Assembly: GCF_018350175.1 (NCBI RefSeq)
Contig: NC_058376.1
Span: 2,046,001 to 2,110,000, forward strand
Source: Felis catus
Taxonomy: Eukaryota
Direction of reading: 5' to 3'
Length of the DNA stretch: 64,000 nucleotides
The translations under genes were made by a program, and so were the position numbers. Shown piece by piece: positions 26,038 to 37,285 of this stretch (the first letter of the stretch is position 1; each line of letters begins with the position of its first letter). The notes under the pieces are model-generated. The model made no database searches and was not told the origin of the DNA. It saw nothing but the letters and a program-made list of their open reading frames with translations.

Positions 26038-26220
26038 GGGGCGCCTGGGTGGCTCAGTTAAGTGTCTGACTTAGGCTCGGATCATGATCTCACAGTCTGT
26101 GGGTTCGAGCCCCGCGTCGGGCTCTGTGCTGACAGCTCAGAGCCTGGAGCCTGTTTCGGATTCTGTGTCTCCCTCTCTCTCTCTCTCTCTCAAAAAAAAA
26201 AAAAAAAAAAAAAAAATTAA
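26038..26220 (+). mobile_element. Can-SINE, internally shortened, with a 25-A tail
   Basis: GGGGCGCCTGGGTGGCTCAG head; TSD AAAGAAAACT at 26025-26034 and 26221-26230. Confidence 0.93.
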
Positions 26221-27140
26221 AAAGAAAACTTTTGACCACACATTTAATGGAAGAGGAACCCCTACAGGTTAATCAAAGCTAATTTTAATTTGGAAAAACG
26301 GGCAAGGGCACGAACAGGAATCACGGGAAGAAAATCAGAAACCTGAGTAGAGCAGACATTAGGAGCTGTTCTCTCAAAGCCTGAGGACGGTGCCTCCCCA
26401 GCCTTAAAGGCTGTTTGAAGGCCCTGCCCCTTGCGGAACAGCCCCGCCTTTCCTTCCCCGTCAGAACAGGACCTGCCCAGGCCTTTCTGGGAAGTTTCTG
26501 GGCAAATACCAAATGAAAACCATGGTGCCCTTTGACCCAGGTGCCCGCCGTGGGAACCCCACCCTAGAAAGTGAAGCCACCGCCAGTGAACCCCTTTTGG
26601 GTGGCAAACCCTAGAACGACTGATGGCCACACATGGTGGGCAGGTGTGGGGGCTCAAAGTGGGGAGGGGGCCGGGCTGCAGAGCCCCCTGTAAACAGACG
26701 GCACGATGGTGATGCCCTTGTGGTGACAGGTATGTGTTTGAGGGCACGTGCTGTCAACACCGACCCCAGGAGTAGGGGAGGCCCTGGCTCAGCCCCTACA
26801 ATGAACCTTCTGGAACCGCCGGGATCCTCTCCACGTCCACCCTGCCTGTTGAGGGGGGGTGCCTGCCGCACGGCACTCTGGACCAGGGGCAGAATCTGGG
26901 ATGGATGCGAGGAGCTGTGGGGTCTGGGACAGGGCAGTGTCCCCCTTTCTGCCTCGGTTTCCCTCTCTGCAGGCTGACTGTGGTGCGGAGAGCTTGTGCA
27001 GTCCGGTGGGGGGGGGGCAGATGGGGGCGGAGGGGCAGGAGCAGGCCCGGAGAGGGTCCCGGAGGGTCCCGCTCGGATGCCCAGCGCACCTCGCCCCCCC
27101 CTGCCTGTGGCCCGCCAGGCTGACGGTATGTCTCCGGCAG

Positions 27141-27294
27141 GTGGCAGGGGTATGAAGGGTTCGTGGCCGTGCACAGCCTCCCGACCTTCGGCTGCAGAGA
27201 CTGGGAGACCTTCCGCACCGCGGCGGGTTCCTACCTCGTCTACTCCAGCGCGAAGGAGCCCCGCTCCCGGGTGCTGAAGCTGAGGACGGGGTGA
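27141..27294 (+). CDS. TSPEAR: TSPEAR exon 12, coding part with TGA stop
   Basis: Acceptor tctccggcag|; manual translation [50 protein letters not shown]; TGA at 27292-27294. Confidence 0.95.
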
Positions 27295-27600
27295 GGGCAC
27301 CGGCGCCCCGCCCGGAGCCCTGGGAGAAGCCGGCCCTTTCCGGGCCCTGGCCCTCGTCCGGGGGGCCGTCCGTCCACCTCTCTGCCCCGGTGACCGTCGC
27401 GGCGGATTTGGGGGCTCCGCGGGCGGTCGGGCCGGAGTCGGGTGCTGCCCTGCGAGCCCGGGCGGGCTGCCCGGGGTTCGCCTCAAGGGAGAAGTTCATA
27501 CAAAATTTTACCTCAGAACCAGCGGGACCTCCCCACGGTCCTCCCGGCCCACCCGGGCGCGGGCACAGGCTTCACGCGGATTCACGTATCTCACACCGGC

Positions 27601-27685
27601 TATTTATTGTATACCGTCTGTACAGAAATATATTTATGACGCTCTTTACCAAAGGCCTGAAGGCGTCTGCGTGTTTGTGGGGGGG
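27601..27685 (+). terminator. Candidate non-canonical TSPEAR polyadenylation cassette
   Basis: TGTA at 27608 and 27619, variant hexamer AATATA at 27627-27632, then GTGTTTGT and a G run at 27671-27685. Confidence 0.35.
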
Positions 27686-28608
27686 ACGGTTCACTCGGCC
27701 AGCGCGGTGGGATGTGCCCTCGGGTCCCGGGTCACCGAGCCGGAGGGCGCCCCTCCTCTGCAGGGACCCGCTGCCTCTTCTGGCCTCGGTTTAGCCAGGA
27801 ATGCGGCGGGGGTCGGTTTCGGGGAGGAACTGGGTCCCACCCCATCCCACCCCGTGCAAAGCCACGCAGGCCGGCTCCCTGGTCACTGCACTGGCCTCGT
27901 GGACGTGCGGGGTGCCCTGGGGACACCTCCTCGGGGCCCGCGCTCACTCAGCTCCCATGTCTAGAGCCCCAGCCCTGCCCGGCGGGGGCCTCCTGCCTCC
28001 CTGGGCGCGACAGGACACACGCCCTCGCAATCTGCGTGCAAAAGAACGGCCATGTGCTGCAGCCTTTGCTGGGAAGGCCTGTGGGGTGAGGGCCAGGCCA
28101 GGCCTATTCCATCACCCATGGCCACGGGCTCCAGGAGAGCGAGGGCCGGGGAGGGACGTGGAGCCGGGCCACCGCCCGAGCTCAGGGACCCACCCTTGGT
28201 TTGGTACGCTGCTGCTTCTGTCTTTCATGTTTCAACTCTCGGTGATCTTTGCCCAAGATCACAGAGCAGGGGGCACGGCGCAGCCCCAGCTGTCGCCGGG
28301 GTCTGGCTCCCCACGGCCACGTGCATGTGAGAACGGGGTGCGCTTCCCGCTCCCAGGAAGCAAACCTACCCCACGCCTCCTCCGGCCAGGCCAGATTTGG
28401 GATTTCAATACGGATTTCCAAAAGCTGAGATTTTTCTGAGCCCCCTTCAGGCCAATAAGCGGACCGTGTGCCTCGGGGAGGGCTGGAGCTGACCCCGGAC
28501 GAGGATGTCCCTCCCCAGGGAGAGCCGCAGAGGGCAGGGGGGCCTGGGGCTCGAGGGAGGTCTGGGCCAGGTGGTGATGGCGACAGCCGGTCCAGGGACA
28601 GCCGGCCG

Positions 28609-28770
28609 AGGGTGCCACACAAAAATGCAGGCTCTCCAGCTAAATCTGAATCACAGGTGAACCACGGGTGCTGTTTTTAGTATATGTGAACCCCAGATAC
28701 TGCACGGAACGTACACTAAAGGGGTATTTGTCGTTCCCCTGAAATTCAGATTCAAAGCGGTGTCCTGCAC
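28609..28770. mobile_element. MER53-like palindromic element (second copy)
   Basis: AGGGTGCCACACAAAAATGCAGG...CCAGCTAAATCTGAAT...TTTTTAGTATA...TACACTAAA...CTGAAATTCAGATTCAAAGCGGTGTCCTGCA. Confidence 0.7.
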
Positions 28771-28998
28771 TCCCAGAGAGGGGTCGTGGGGAGACGAGAC
28801 CTTCTTAGGGCCAACGGGGGGCGGGGCCTCTGATTTTATCTGAGATTTGACACAAGGCAGAAAGAGACCCCACGGGCTGGGGTGGCCTGCCGGGGGGCGG
28901 GCAGCCCTCGGGCAGGGTCGGCAGAGGGCACTGGTGGGTGGTCATCTTGGGGGCTTATTCCACAGGTGCCTCCACACAGGAGAGGGGAGGCCGGCCCG

Positions 28999-29331
28999 GG
29001 ATGGTTACTTTTATGTGTCAACCGGGAGGATGTTTCTGGATGAGATTAACACACATCACAGGAGTCTGGATAAAGCAGGTGGCCTTCCGCAATGCAGGGG
29101 CCTCACCCAATCAGGTGAAGGGAGGAATGGAACAAAAGAGCAGCCTCCCGGGCAAGGGGGCAAGGTCCGCCTTCAGACCGGAACGCACCTTCGGCCCTGC
29201 CAGGTCTCCCCCCGGCCGGTGGCCCTCAACAGCCGCTGAAATCCTCCGCACCCGGTCCCTGTGACAAAGCTCTTGTCTCTGCACATCCCGTCCTGGTGGT
29301 TTTGATGCTCTGGAGAGGCCCGGTGAACACA
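28999..29331 (+). mobile_element. MLT2-type (ERVL) LTR
   Basis: GATGGTTACTTTTATGTGTCAAC...GGATGTTTCTGGATGAGATTAAC...GGGCCTCACCCAATCAGGTGAAGG...CTCTGGAGAGGCCCGGTGAACACA. Confidence 0.75.
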
Positions 29332-30291
29332 AGACGCTAACAGGCAACGGCCCGCAGGAGTCCCACTTGCCACTTCCTGATCACCGAGCCTCAGTTTACG
29401 CCAGCTGGGCGCCACCCCACGCAGCTTCTCTCCCCCTGGAGTGACCCAGACGTACACCAGCGGCCTCTCTGCCAGGCTGGCGTTGCTGTGTGTCTGGCTC
29501 GCCATGGGGGACGAGCCCAGGGAGGAAGGAGGCAGGTGACAGCGGCACATACAGTGGGAGCCACCTCATCCTGCCGGGGACTTTGCAAGCAAACGGTGCC
29601 TCCGCGTCCTTGGCACAGAATCTGATCTCCGTTCTACGGGGTGGAAACACAAAAGTGTAAATCAAGATCTGTTTAAATTACAAATGCAAGCAAGAGGGGA
29701 AGTGGAGAGAACACTAAAATATTTACATCCTTTCAAATAAGCTCTCCTGGTTTTTGTCCGTTGATGAGCATTTGCAAGGCGGCCTGCGCTTTCCCACGAA
29801 TTTGCACGTGGTTTGACGTGGCCACCTTCTTGTCACTTTGGCAGCTGAGCCGCATGTCACCGAGGTGGTATTCTGGAGTGTGCCGGGCTGGGCGTCTTTT
29901 GTTAACCCGTGGGACTCTCAACCGTCTTTACGGCGGTAAATAACTTGAAGGACGTGTTGGTACAGCTGCAGTTCTCTTGGGGTCATTTCTCCAAAGTCGC
30001 GATTTCCGGGAGAAACGTCCGTGAAAATTTCTGCACGGACTTCTCACTCCCAGGGCTCCCTCCTGAAGCCCGGACGAGGCTCGGCACGACCAGGGTGCGG
30101 GATGACACCTGTCCCGTCAGCCAGGCCAACGCGGGGCTTCGCCCATTTCACCATCCGCCAGGTCAGCACGTGGAGCGCCCTGGCAAGGTCGCGTGTTCAC
30201 CGCGGTCGACACTCGACACTTCCGGCGCGATGGGCTCCTCTTCCGGGCACCTCTTAACCTCGGCACCACCAACATCCCCCTCACCCTCTGC

Positions 30292-30914
30292 CATACATGC
30301 ACATGTATACCTCACATACATGCATGTCCCCCCCAGGCATACATGCCTGCACACACGCACACACACACACAGACATACGCACCTGCACACACACACCCAT
30401 GCACATCCCCCTCACAGACACACCCACTCATGCACACACACATATCCACCCCATGCACACACGTGCACATGTATGCACACACACACCTCATATACATGCA
30501 CACCCACACCCACCCACACACGTGCACACACCCCCACATACTCCCTCCACATACACACATACCCACTGATGCACATGCACATGTCCACCCCATGCACACA
30601 TATGCACATATACGCACATACCACTTCACATGCACGCACACCTACATACACCCACACACATGCACATCCCCCATACATACATAGACACCCACTCACGCAC
30701 ACACACATGCACACACATGCACATACACATACATTCCACTCAAACACATATTCACTCATCCACACATGCCTACACACACGTACACGCACCCATGCATATA
30801 CACCTGCATGTGAACACACACCCATGCACACGTGCATATACATTCTTACATTTGTGCAAATGCACATATACCCCACAGCTGTGCACACACACACGCACAC
30901 AGGTGTGTACACAC
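30292..30914. repeat. Degenerate (CA)n/(CATG) tract, about 620 bp
   Basis: Direct reading; it generates the His/Thr-rich and Cys/Val-rich pseudo-ORFs. Confidence 0.93.
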
Positions 30915-30954
30915 CTTCCAGGCCCTTCTAGCCAGGGACCGTGTCTTGGGCATG

Positions 30955-31203
30955 TCCCCAAGGTGCCCTGGGAGCTCCCAACGTTCCCCAGGGTGTAGGT
31001 GCTCCAGATGCTCCCCACTTTCTCCAGGGTGTACATGCTCTAAGTGCTCCCCAACCTTCCCCAGGACAGGTGCCCGAAGTGCTCCCCAACCTTCCCAGGG
31101 TTCACGTGCTCCAGGTGCTCCCCGACCTTCCCCAGGGTGCAGGTGCCCCAAGTGCTCCGCACCGTCCCCAGGGCAGGTGCCCGGAGTGCTCCCCAGCGTC
31201 CCC
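30955..31203. repeat. Minisatellite, about 7 copies of a 35-37 bp unit
   Basis: Unit consensus about CCCCAGGGTGCAGGTGCTCCAAGTGCTCCCCAACCTT. Confidence 0.85.
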
Positions 31204-31299
31204 TTCTCTAGTTGTATGTTGCTGAGAAGACCGTCCAGCGGGACCGTGGAGTGCACACATTTCCTGTCAGATGGAGCGGGGTCAAGCCCTGTTTCTTCT

Positions 31300-31465
31300 C
31301 TTTACTGTTTGAACTCGAGCAAGTAACCGAACCCCTCAACCTTGGTCTCCTGGGGTCCCTCACATCTAAAATAGGGGACCCCTCATCCCCAGGGCTGCAG
31401 CATGAGGACGTGGTATGGCCGCTGCGTGGCCCGGGGCGCCATTCCTGGACACACGAGTAGGCAAC
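31300..31465. mobile_element. MIR-like fragment
   Basis: GCAAGTAACCGAACCCCTC...CTCACATCTAAAATAGGGG resembles the MIR core. Confidence 0.45.
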
Positions 31466-32676
31466 GGTTGGACCGGCCTCGTGGCCACTTACCTGCCCAG
31501 GTGTGTTTTCCTAAACAAACTTGGATCACGTAAAATCACTTTTGAAAGAGAAAGACAGGCTGTCCTACTTCTGAACATAGATTCCTTGTCTTAAACCACA
31601 TGCTAGCAAATCGGCAACACACAACGCCCAAGGGGGTTTCCCCACTCCTGGGAGGACCGTTTCGTACTGGGACAGCCTCTAAAATGATCTGTTATGATTA
31701 GCAGCTCGTAAGCGAGCCTGGAGTGAAAGGGCATCTCGGCAAGGCCCGTGGCTCCGTGACTCCGAAGCAGCTCCTTAATTTTGCCCTCATTTTTGTTTAA
31801 TTTTATTTTGATTTAATTTTATTTAATTAAGACGCACGGACCATAAGTGTCCCGTTCAGTGAGTTTTGCCAATTATGCAAATCCAGACAACCAGCCCCGG
31901 ACAAGGTCTAGAGTCTTTCCGGGGAGCCCCCCAGGCCCCCTGGGGCCCCGTTCCGGCCAATCCCCACCGCGCCACCTCCCGCCTCTGTCGCTGGCAAGCT
32001 TTGTCACCCTCGGGTTCCGTTCAGCGGGGTGCACACTCGCACTCCCGTGTGCCTCTGTCACTCTGCTACGTGGTGGCCACGCCTGCACTTTGCTCATTCT
32101 TATTACCGACTTTATTGTTCACTTTGTCGCTTTCTCCCCTGGTAGGACTAGCTCGTCGCTTGTGCACCCGTTGATGGGCCTCCGGGTGCTTTCCCGAGTG
32201 CGACTGCTGCAAACGTCACGGGGCGCTTGCGTGCGGCACGTGATTTCCCCTCTCTGGCTGCGTATCTAGTGGTAGAGCTGTCCCAGGACAGGCAACAGCT
32301 GGGCTTTCGGAGCCAGCCGTCCTCCAAAGGCGGGGCGCATGCGTGGTAACCAGGTAAATCGCGGTGACACCGTGCGTGCGCGGGAGTCCAGGCGGCCCGG
32401 CCTCTGGCTGAGAGCACAGGACGAGGAGGCGCCGTGTGGGGAGAGGACAGCGCGGGGACGCCTTGCAGACGGCCTCTCTGCCCGGTGGGAAAGTGCTAGA
32501 GGGTCAGTGGAAACCTGCCCGAAGCCGTCAGAGAACCTTGTGGGCTCGGCTGCCCGTAGGCACATATAAGGACCCGAGCCTGACTGGTCCTGCCTCGTCC
32601 CCAGGGAGGGAGGGCAGCAGATGCCGGGGAGAGGAACACCGCCCGCCACGTCCACCCAACAACAGGCTGGGCCCCG

Positions 32677-33140
32677 TGTGTCAGTCTCCTGTGGCCGCTG
32701 TCACAAATTGTCACACACTCAGTGGCCGAAAGCAACAGAAATGTATTGTCTTATAATTCTGGGGCTCGGAAGTCCCACCTGGGTCTCACTGAACCAAAGT
32801 CAAGGTGTGGGCGGGGCTGCATTCCCCCTGGAAGCTCCGGGGGAGAACCCCTTCCCTGTCTCTTCCAGCTTCTGGAAGCAAACCTCTCTTTGACTCGAGG
32901 TCCCTTCTCCATCTTCACAGCCAGGAGTGGGAGGCCCGATGCCCTCTCTCTGGATTGCTTTACTCTGGCTCCTCCCCCCACCTCGTCCACCAGCAACAAT
33001 CTCGAGGACTGCAAGATGCCCACAGGGATGACACAGGATAGCGTCCCTTTCCCAAGGCCATCTGGCCAGCACCCCTAATCCCACCTTGCTGTGAGACCTG
33101 ATGCATTTACAGGTTCTGGGGACTGGAGGAGGGCGTCCTT
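32677..33140 (-). mobile_element. MLT1-type LTR
   Basis: TGTCAGTCTCCTGTGGCCGCTGTCACAAATT...AACAGAAATGTATTGTCTTATAATTCTGG...TCTTCCAGCTTCTGG...CAGGTTCTGGGGACTGG. Confidence 0.8.
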
Positions 33141-33739
33141 GAGGCCGAGCACTCCCAGGGGCTTTGACCCCTCCCCACTCCTACCCCTCCCGCCTGGGCC
33201 CCAGACCCCCTTCTGTGCCCCCAGCACTGGCAGAAGTCGGGTGCCGTCCTGTGCGGGCAGAGGGGCAGAGCTGCGTTCAGTCATGACCCTCAAGGTCTCA
33301 CCCAACAGAGTGTGGTGTTTGCAAAGACTGACGGTCGCCCTGTGCACAAACACAAACAGTGCCTGGTTAAAACTGCCCGGCTCCTTAGATGAACTCTAAG
33401 GAGACCCCAAAACTCACACTCTTAGAGATAAGATTCGGACAAACCCTCCAATAACACCTCACACTGTCACGATTTCCTACACGTGTGGTTTTTGTGCATG
33501 TTGACCAAAAGCTCAGCACTGTCCCTTTTAATGATGAACAGAGAAATCCACAGAACACTTCAAAGAATTAACACAAAAAAAATACCTTGAAAAATAAGGG
33601 AAATCCTGGCCTCCAGGTATTCAATTATATAAAAACAATTCAATTTGGTCTTGCCATAAATTTGGAGAAGTTAAAGTTCCAGGTGTCAGAAAAAAACAGA
33701 TTCTGAAATGGAATTTTTTCTATTTGGAGGGAAACTTTT

Positions 33740-33942
33740 TTTTTAATGTTTATTTTTGAGAGACAGAGCATGAGCAGGGTCCGAGGAGCAGAGAGAGAGA
33801 GAGGGAGACACAGAATCCGAAGCAGGCTCCAGGCTCTGAGCCGTCAGCACAGAGCCCGATGCGGGCCTCGAACTCACAAACCGCAAGATCGTGACCTGAG
33901 CCAAAGTCGGATGCTCAACTGACTGAGCCACCCAGACGCCCC
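33740..33942 (-). mobile_element. Can-SINE
   Basis: SINEC body; near-identical TSD TGGAG(G/A)GAAACTTTT on both sides. Confidence 0.93.
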
Positions 33943-36900
33943 TGGAGAGAAACTTTTTAAAGGTAAACACAAGAGCAGTAAATGAAAAGGGAAGACTATA
34001 TATTTGTCAAATAGATATTTATATATTTTTAAAAATATCAATAAAGTTGAAATACCAGCACACTGGTACATCCAGGGCTTGACTGGTTCAAATGGCCGAC
34101 ACCCGAGGTCCGAGGCCGTGAGGCCCGCAGCCAAGCGGGAGCAGAGCACAGGAACCAGAGCAAAGAGCGCGAGCAAACATCCACAGCAGAGGAAATCCGA
34201 ACGGTGGAAAACGGGCTTAAATTCTGATGACTTAAACCCACTTGGAATGGAATGGATGTCACAACGGCAGGTGCTCCTGGGCCCGCCGCGGTGACAGGAC
34301 CGGCCCGGCCTTCCCGTGGGGCCACATAGTTAAAACCTGAGCAGAGCGGCTCCTGTCTGTCAACAAAGCAAGTCATTGGCTCCGAAAACCTCACGCTTGG
34401 TGTCCTAATTATTGTGACATCTGACTGACAGGCTGTGATTCTCGGCCCAGGGCAAGGACAGGAGGTCTGGTGTCCGTCCCGAGCCCTCGCTCCAGCAACT
34501 CCAGCGGGCAGCTCTGGAGAGACCAGAGAGCAGGGGAGGCTGGGGCGGGGCGGGGGGGCCTGGCCCCGGCTGACCACACGCAGGGCATGTCGGCACCACC
34601 AGCCCCGGGAGACGGCAGGACCCAGCCCTCCGGCCGAGCGAGGCCCACCCTGGTGGTGCCCAGGAGTGGGCGCAGAGGGGGTGCTGGCAGATGTGAGACA
34701 GCAGGAGTGCTGAGGGCCCCGGAGGGCAGGAGAGCGTGTGCCCATCCAAGGGGGCCACGGCCAGCTCACCGTGTGGATGGAGGGCACGGTGGGGGCCGGG
34801 CAGCGGTGCGGGGGGCCCGGGGGGCTCGCCGTGTGCGTGGGCTCCGACAGCCGGCCCTCGGAGGAGTCCAGCACTGAGGTGGCCGCTGTTCAGGGATGTC
34901 CCGGGGGCCTCCTCCCTTTGGAAGGAATCTCCCTGCCCTTCCGGAAGCCTGTGGGGAGGGACAGGGTGAGGAGGGGAGGGGCAGGTTCTCGGTGAGCACC
35001 CTCATCGGCCCCGGCCTCCTGGGGCTGGCTGCGAGCCGGCGGCCGGGTGGGCTTCACGAGATAAGAGGCTTTCCACAGGTGACCTCCGGGCTGCGGACTC
35101 CGCTCTGGAGCCACGCCTGCCACAGTCACCAGCTGGGCGGACACACAGTCCCCACACCTCCACACAAACGCACTCTTCCCGCTCCGGGGTTTTTGCCACA
35201 CCTCAACTGCTCAGACGCCTCTGCCGGCTGCTGAGGTTTCAGAGACGGTCCGATGTCCGTCTGCCCCGACGTCTGTCTGCCGTCCACAACCAGCGGGGCA
35301 TTCACCAGCCCACAGGACCTCGGGGAAGTCATCGAGTGTCCCCGCCCCCTGCCACTGCCTGTGGCCACACGCCACACCGCCCCTCCGCCCACCCCCAGGC
35401 TGTTTCTCCCTCCCTTCGCAGGCCCAGCGTCTCCAAGAGGGTCAGGAGAGCTCAGCCCAGTGGGCCTCTCGCTCTGGGACGCGGTCTCCCCACCTCCGTC
35501 GCACAGGTACCCAGCAGGCGCTAGGTGCCCGACCTGGCAGCCAGCCCTGCGCCCGCTCCCTCCAGGTCAGTGTCGGTGCCAGGGTGACAGAGGCAGACCC
35601 CGCACTCCTGGCCTTGCCGGGCCGGGCCGTGGACGGGCTCTGCTCCTCCTGGCTCCCCTGGCGCTTCGACCTGGGGTGAAACCGAGGCCCGCATCTGCTC
35701 TCTGACAGCCCTCGGGCCCGTCCTTCCCAGAGTGAGAACTTCCAGGCCTGGGCATCAGAAGGCCCAGATTCCTGCCCAGCCCAGCCCCACACAGCTGCCT
35801 CCCAAGTTGGGCATCTGTCCCCTCCAGACCTCAGAGTCTCGGCTTCTCGTCTGAAAATGGAAATATTCCCGACAGCGGCCAGGCCCCAGGGGAGTTCGCC
35901 AAGGCCGGCTGGAGAGCAGGCCGTCCCACCTGGGGCCTGGGGCTGCTGCAGGCCTCCCCGCCCACTTGCCGCAGGGCCCTGCACCCTCCTGACTCTGGTC
36001 CTGAGCTTGGGAGGAAAGCGCACACTGAGATCACAGGAACTCGTGCCCAGCAGGCGCGTTTACTGCGGGTTACGGTGATCTCGGTGACCCTCCCGCCAGC
36101 CTCCTGCCCCCACCACCCTGTCCCCAGCAGCGGTTCGTTCCCACATGGCTAACAATCTCCTGGAGCGAGAGAGCGGAGCCCGGTTGTGGTGCCATCAATC
36201 GCCTGGGGTACAGACTCTCCCCGTGGTCAACCTCAAGCTGCCATCATAATGTCGACTGGCTCACAAGATGCCCCCCAACTTAACTATTGGCCGTCGTGAG
36301 CCGGTTGGAGCCTGTACGAGCTGGCTCCCGCACCCGCGGCACCCCTCTGCCACGCCGTGGGCTCTCAGGTGTGCTGGGTCCGGAAGCTTCGGTACTGGCA
36401 AGGTCTGCAGCAAGGAGGAACGGGGGGCAGGTCTGGGTCGAGTGGGTCAGAGACGCAGATAACAGAATCCACTCCAGCCAATGTAAGCACAAAGGGGTTT
36501 ATTGAGAGGTCAGAGGCAGCGGGGAGGGCAGTGAGACTTTGGACCCAGCTTCCGGGAAACAGGACTACAGAAACCATGCCAGGCTCCTGCGTTTGCCGGG
36601 AGCTGCCACAAATCCAGAACATTCCATCTCTGCCACAGTCTGCCAAAGCAGCCCTGGCTTCTCCCCAGGTAACTCAGTCCAGGATCAACGTCTCCTGTAA
36701 ATGCATCTGTCGAGAACCCGCGGCAAGGGAGCCCGGGGAGCAGGTGCAGGAAAGCCGGCAGGGCTGAGGCCGGCACACAGCGCCCACCGAGCCATCTCCA
36801 GTGCTCGTGACCGGGACCCAGCTCCACCGCTCAGGCGCCCTCGCACCCCAGCCTCAACTTGGCTGATGCCCCAGCGTTCTGCTGACCCTCTGGGAGGAGC

Positions 36901-37078
36901 TGACCCCCTGCAGCCCCGCACAAGGGCGTCTGCATGCACACTCCTTAGACCGCGTGCGGAATCCAAGATGCCACAGGGCGGAGCCAGAAGCGCTGTGCTG
37001 TGCAGCCCCTGCTCTCAACCGCCTGACTCCCCTCCCCTGCTGCCCGCAGCCACCTTCCATTAAGAAAAGCACACCCGA

Positions 37079-37285
37079 GGGGCGCCCGGGTGGCTCGGTC
37101 GGCTGAGCGTCCGACTTCGGCTCAGGTCTTGATCTCACGGTTCGTGGGTTCCAGCCCCGCGTCGGGCTCCGTGCTGGGAGCCTGCTTTGGATTCTGCGTC
37201 CCCCCCTCTCTCTGCCCCTCCCCTGCTTGCACTCTGTCTCTCTCAAAAATAAATAAAGAACATTTTTTAAAATTTTTTAAAAAAG
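37079..37285 (+). mobile_element. Can-SINE
   Basis: GGGGCGCCCGGGTGGCTCGGTCGGCTGAGCGTCCGACTTCGGCTCAGG...AAAAATAAATAAAG. Confidence 0.92.

Noticed and set aside
30955-31203. CRISPR-like periodicity (about 36 bp)
   Set aside because: Head-to-tail units without unique spacers, no cas genes, mammalian context.
36496-36503. Minus-strand AATAAA as an LRRC3 poly(A) signal
   Set aside because: It sits in an MLT1-like fragment (AACAGAATCCACTCCAGCC...TAAGCACAAAGGGGTTTATTG), 4 kb from the stop, with no supporting evidence.
37079-37170. tRNA-like A/B boxes as tRNA genes
   Set aside because: These are the tRNA-derived heads of Can-SINEs.
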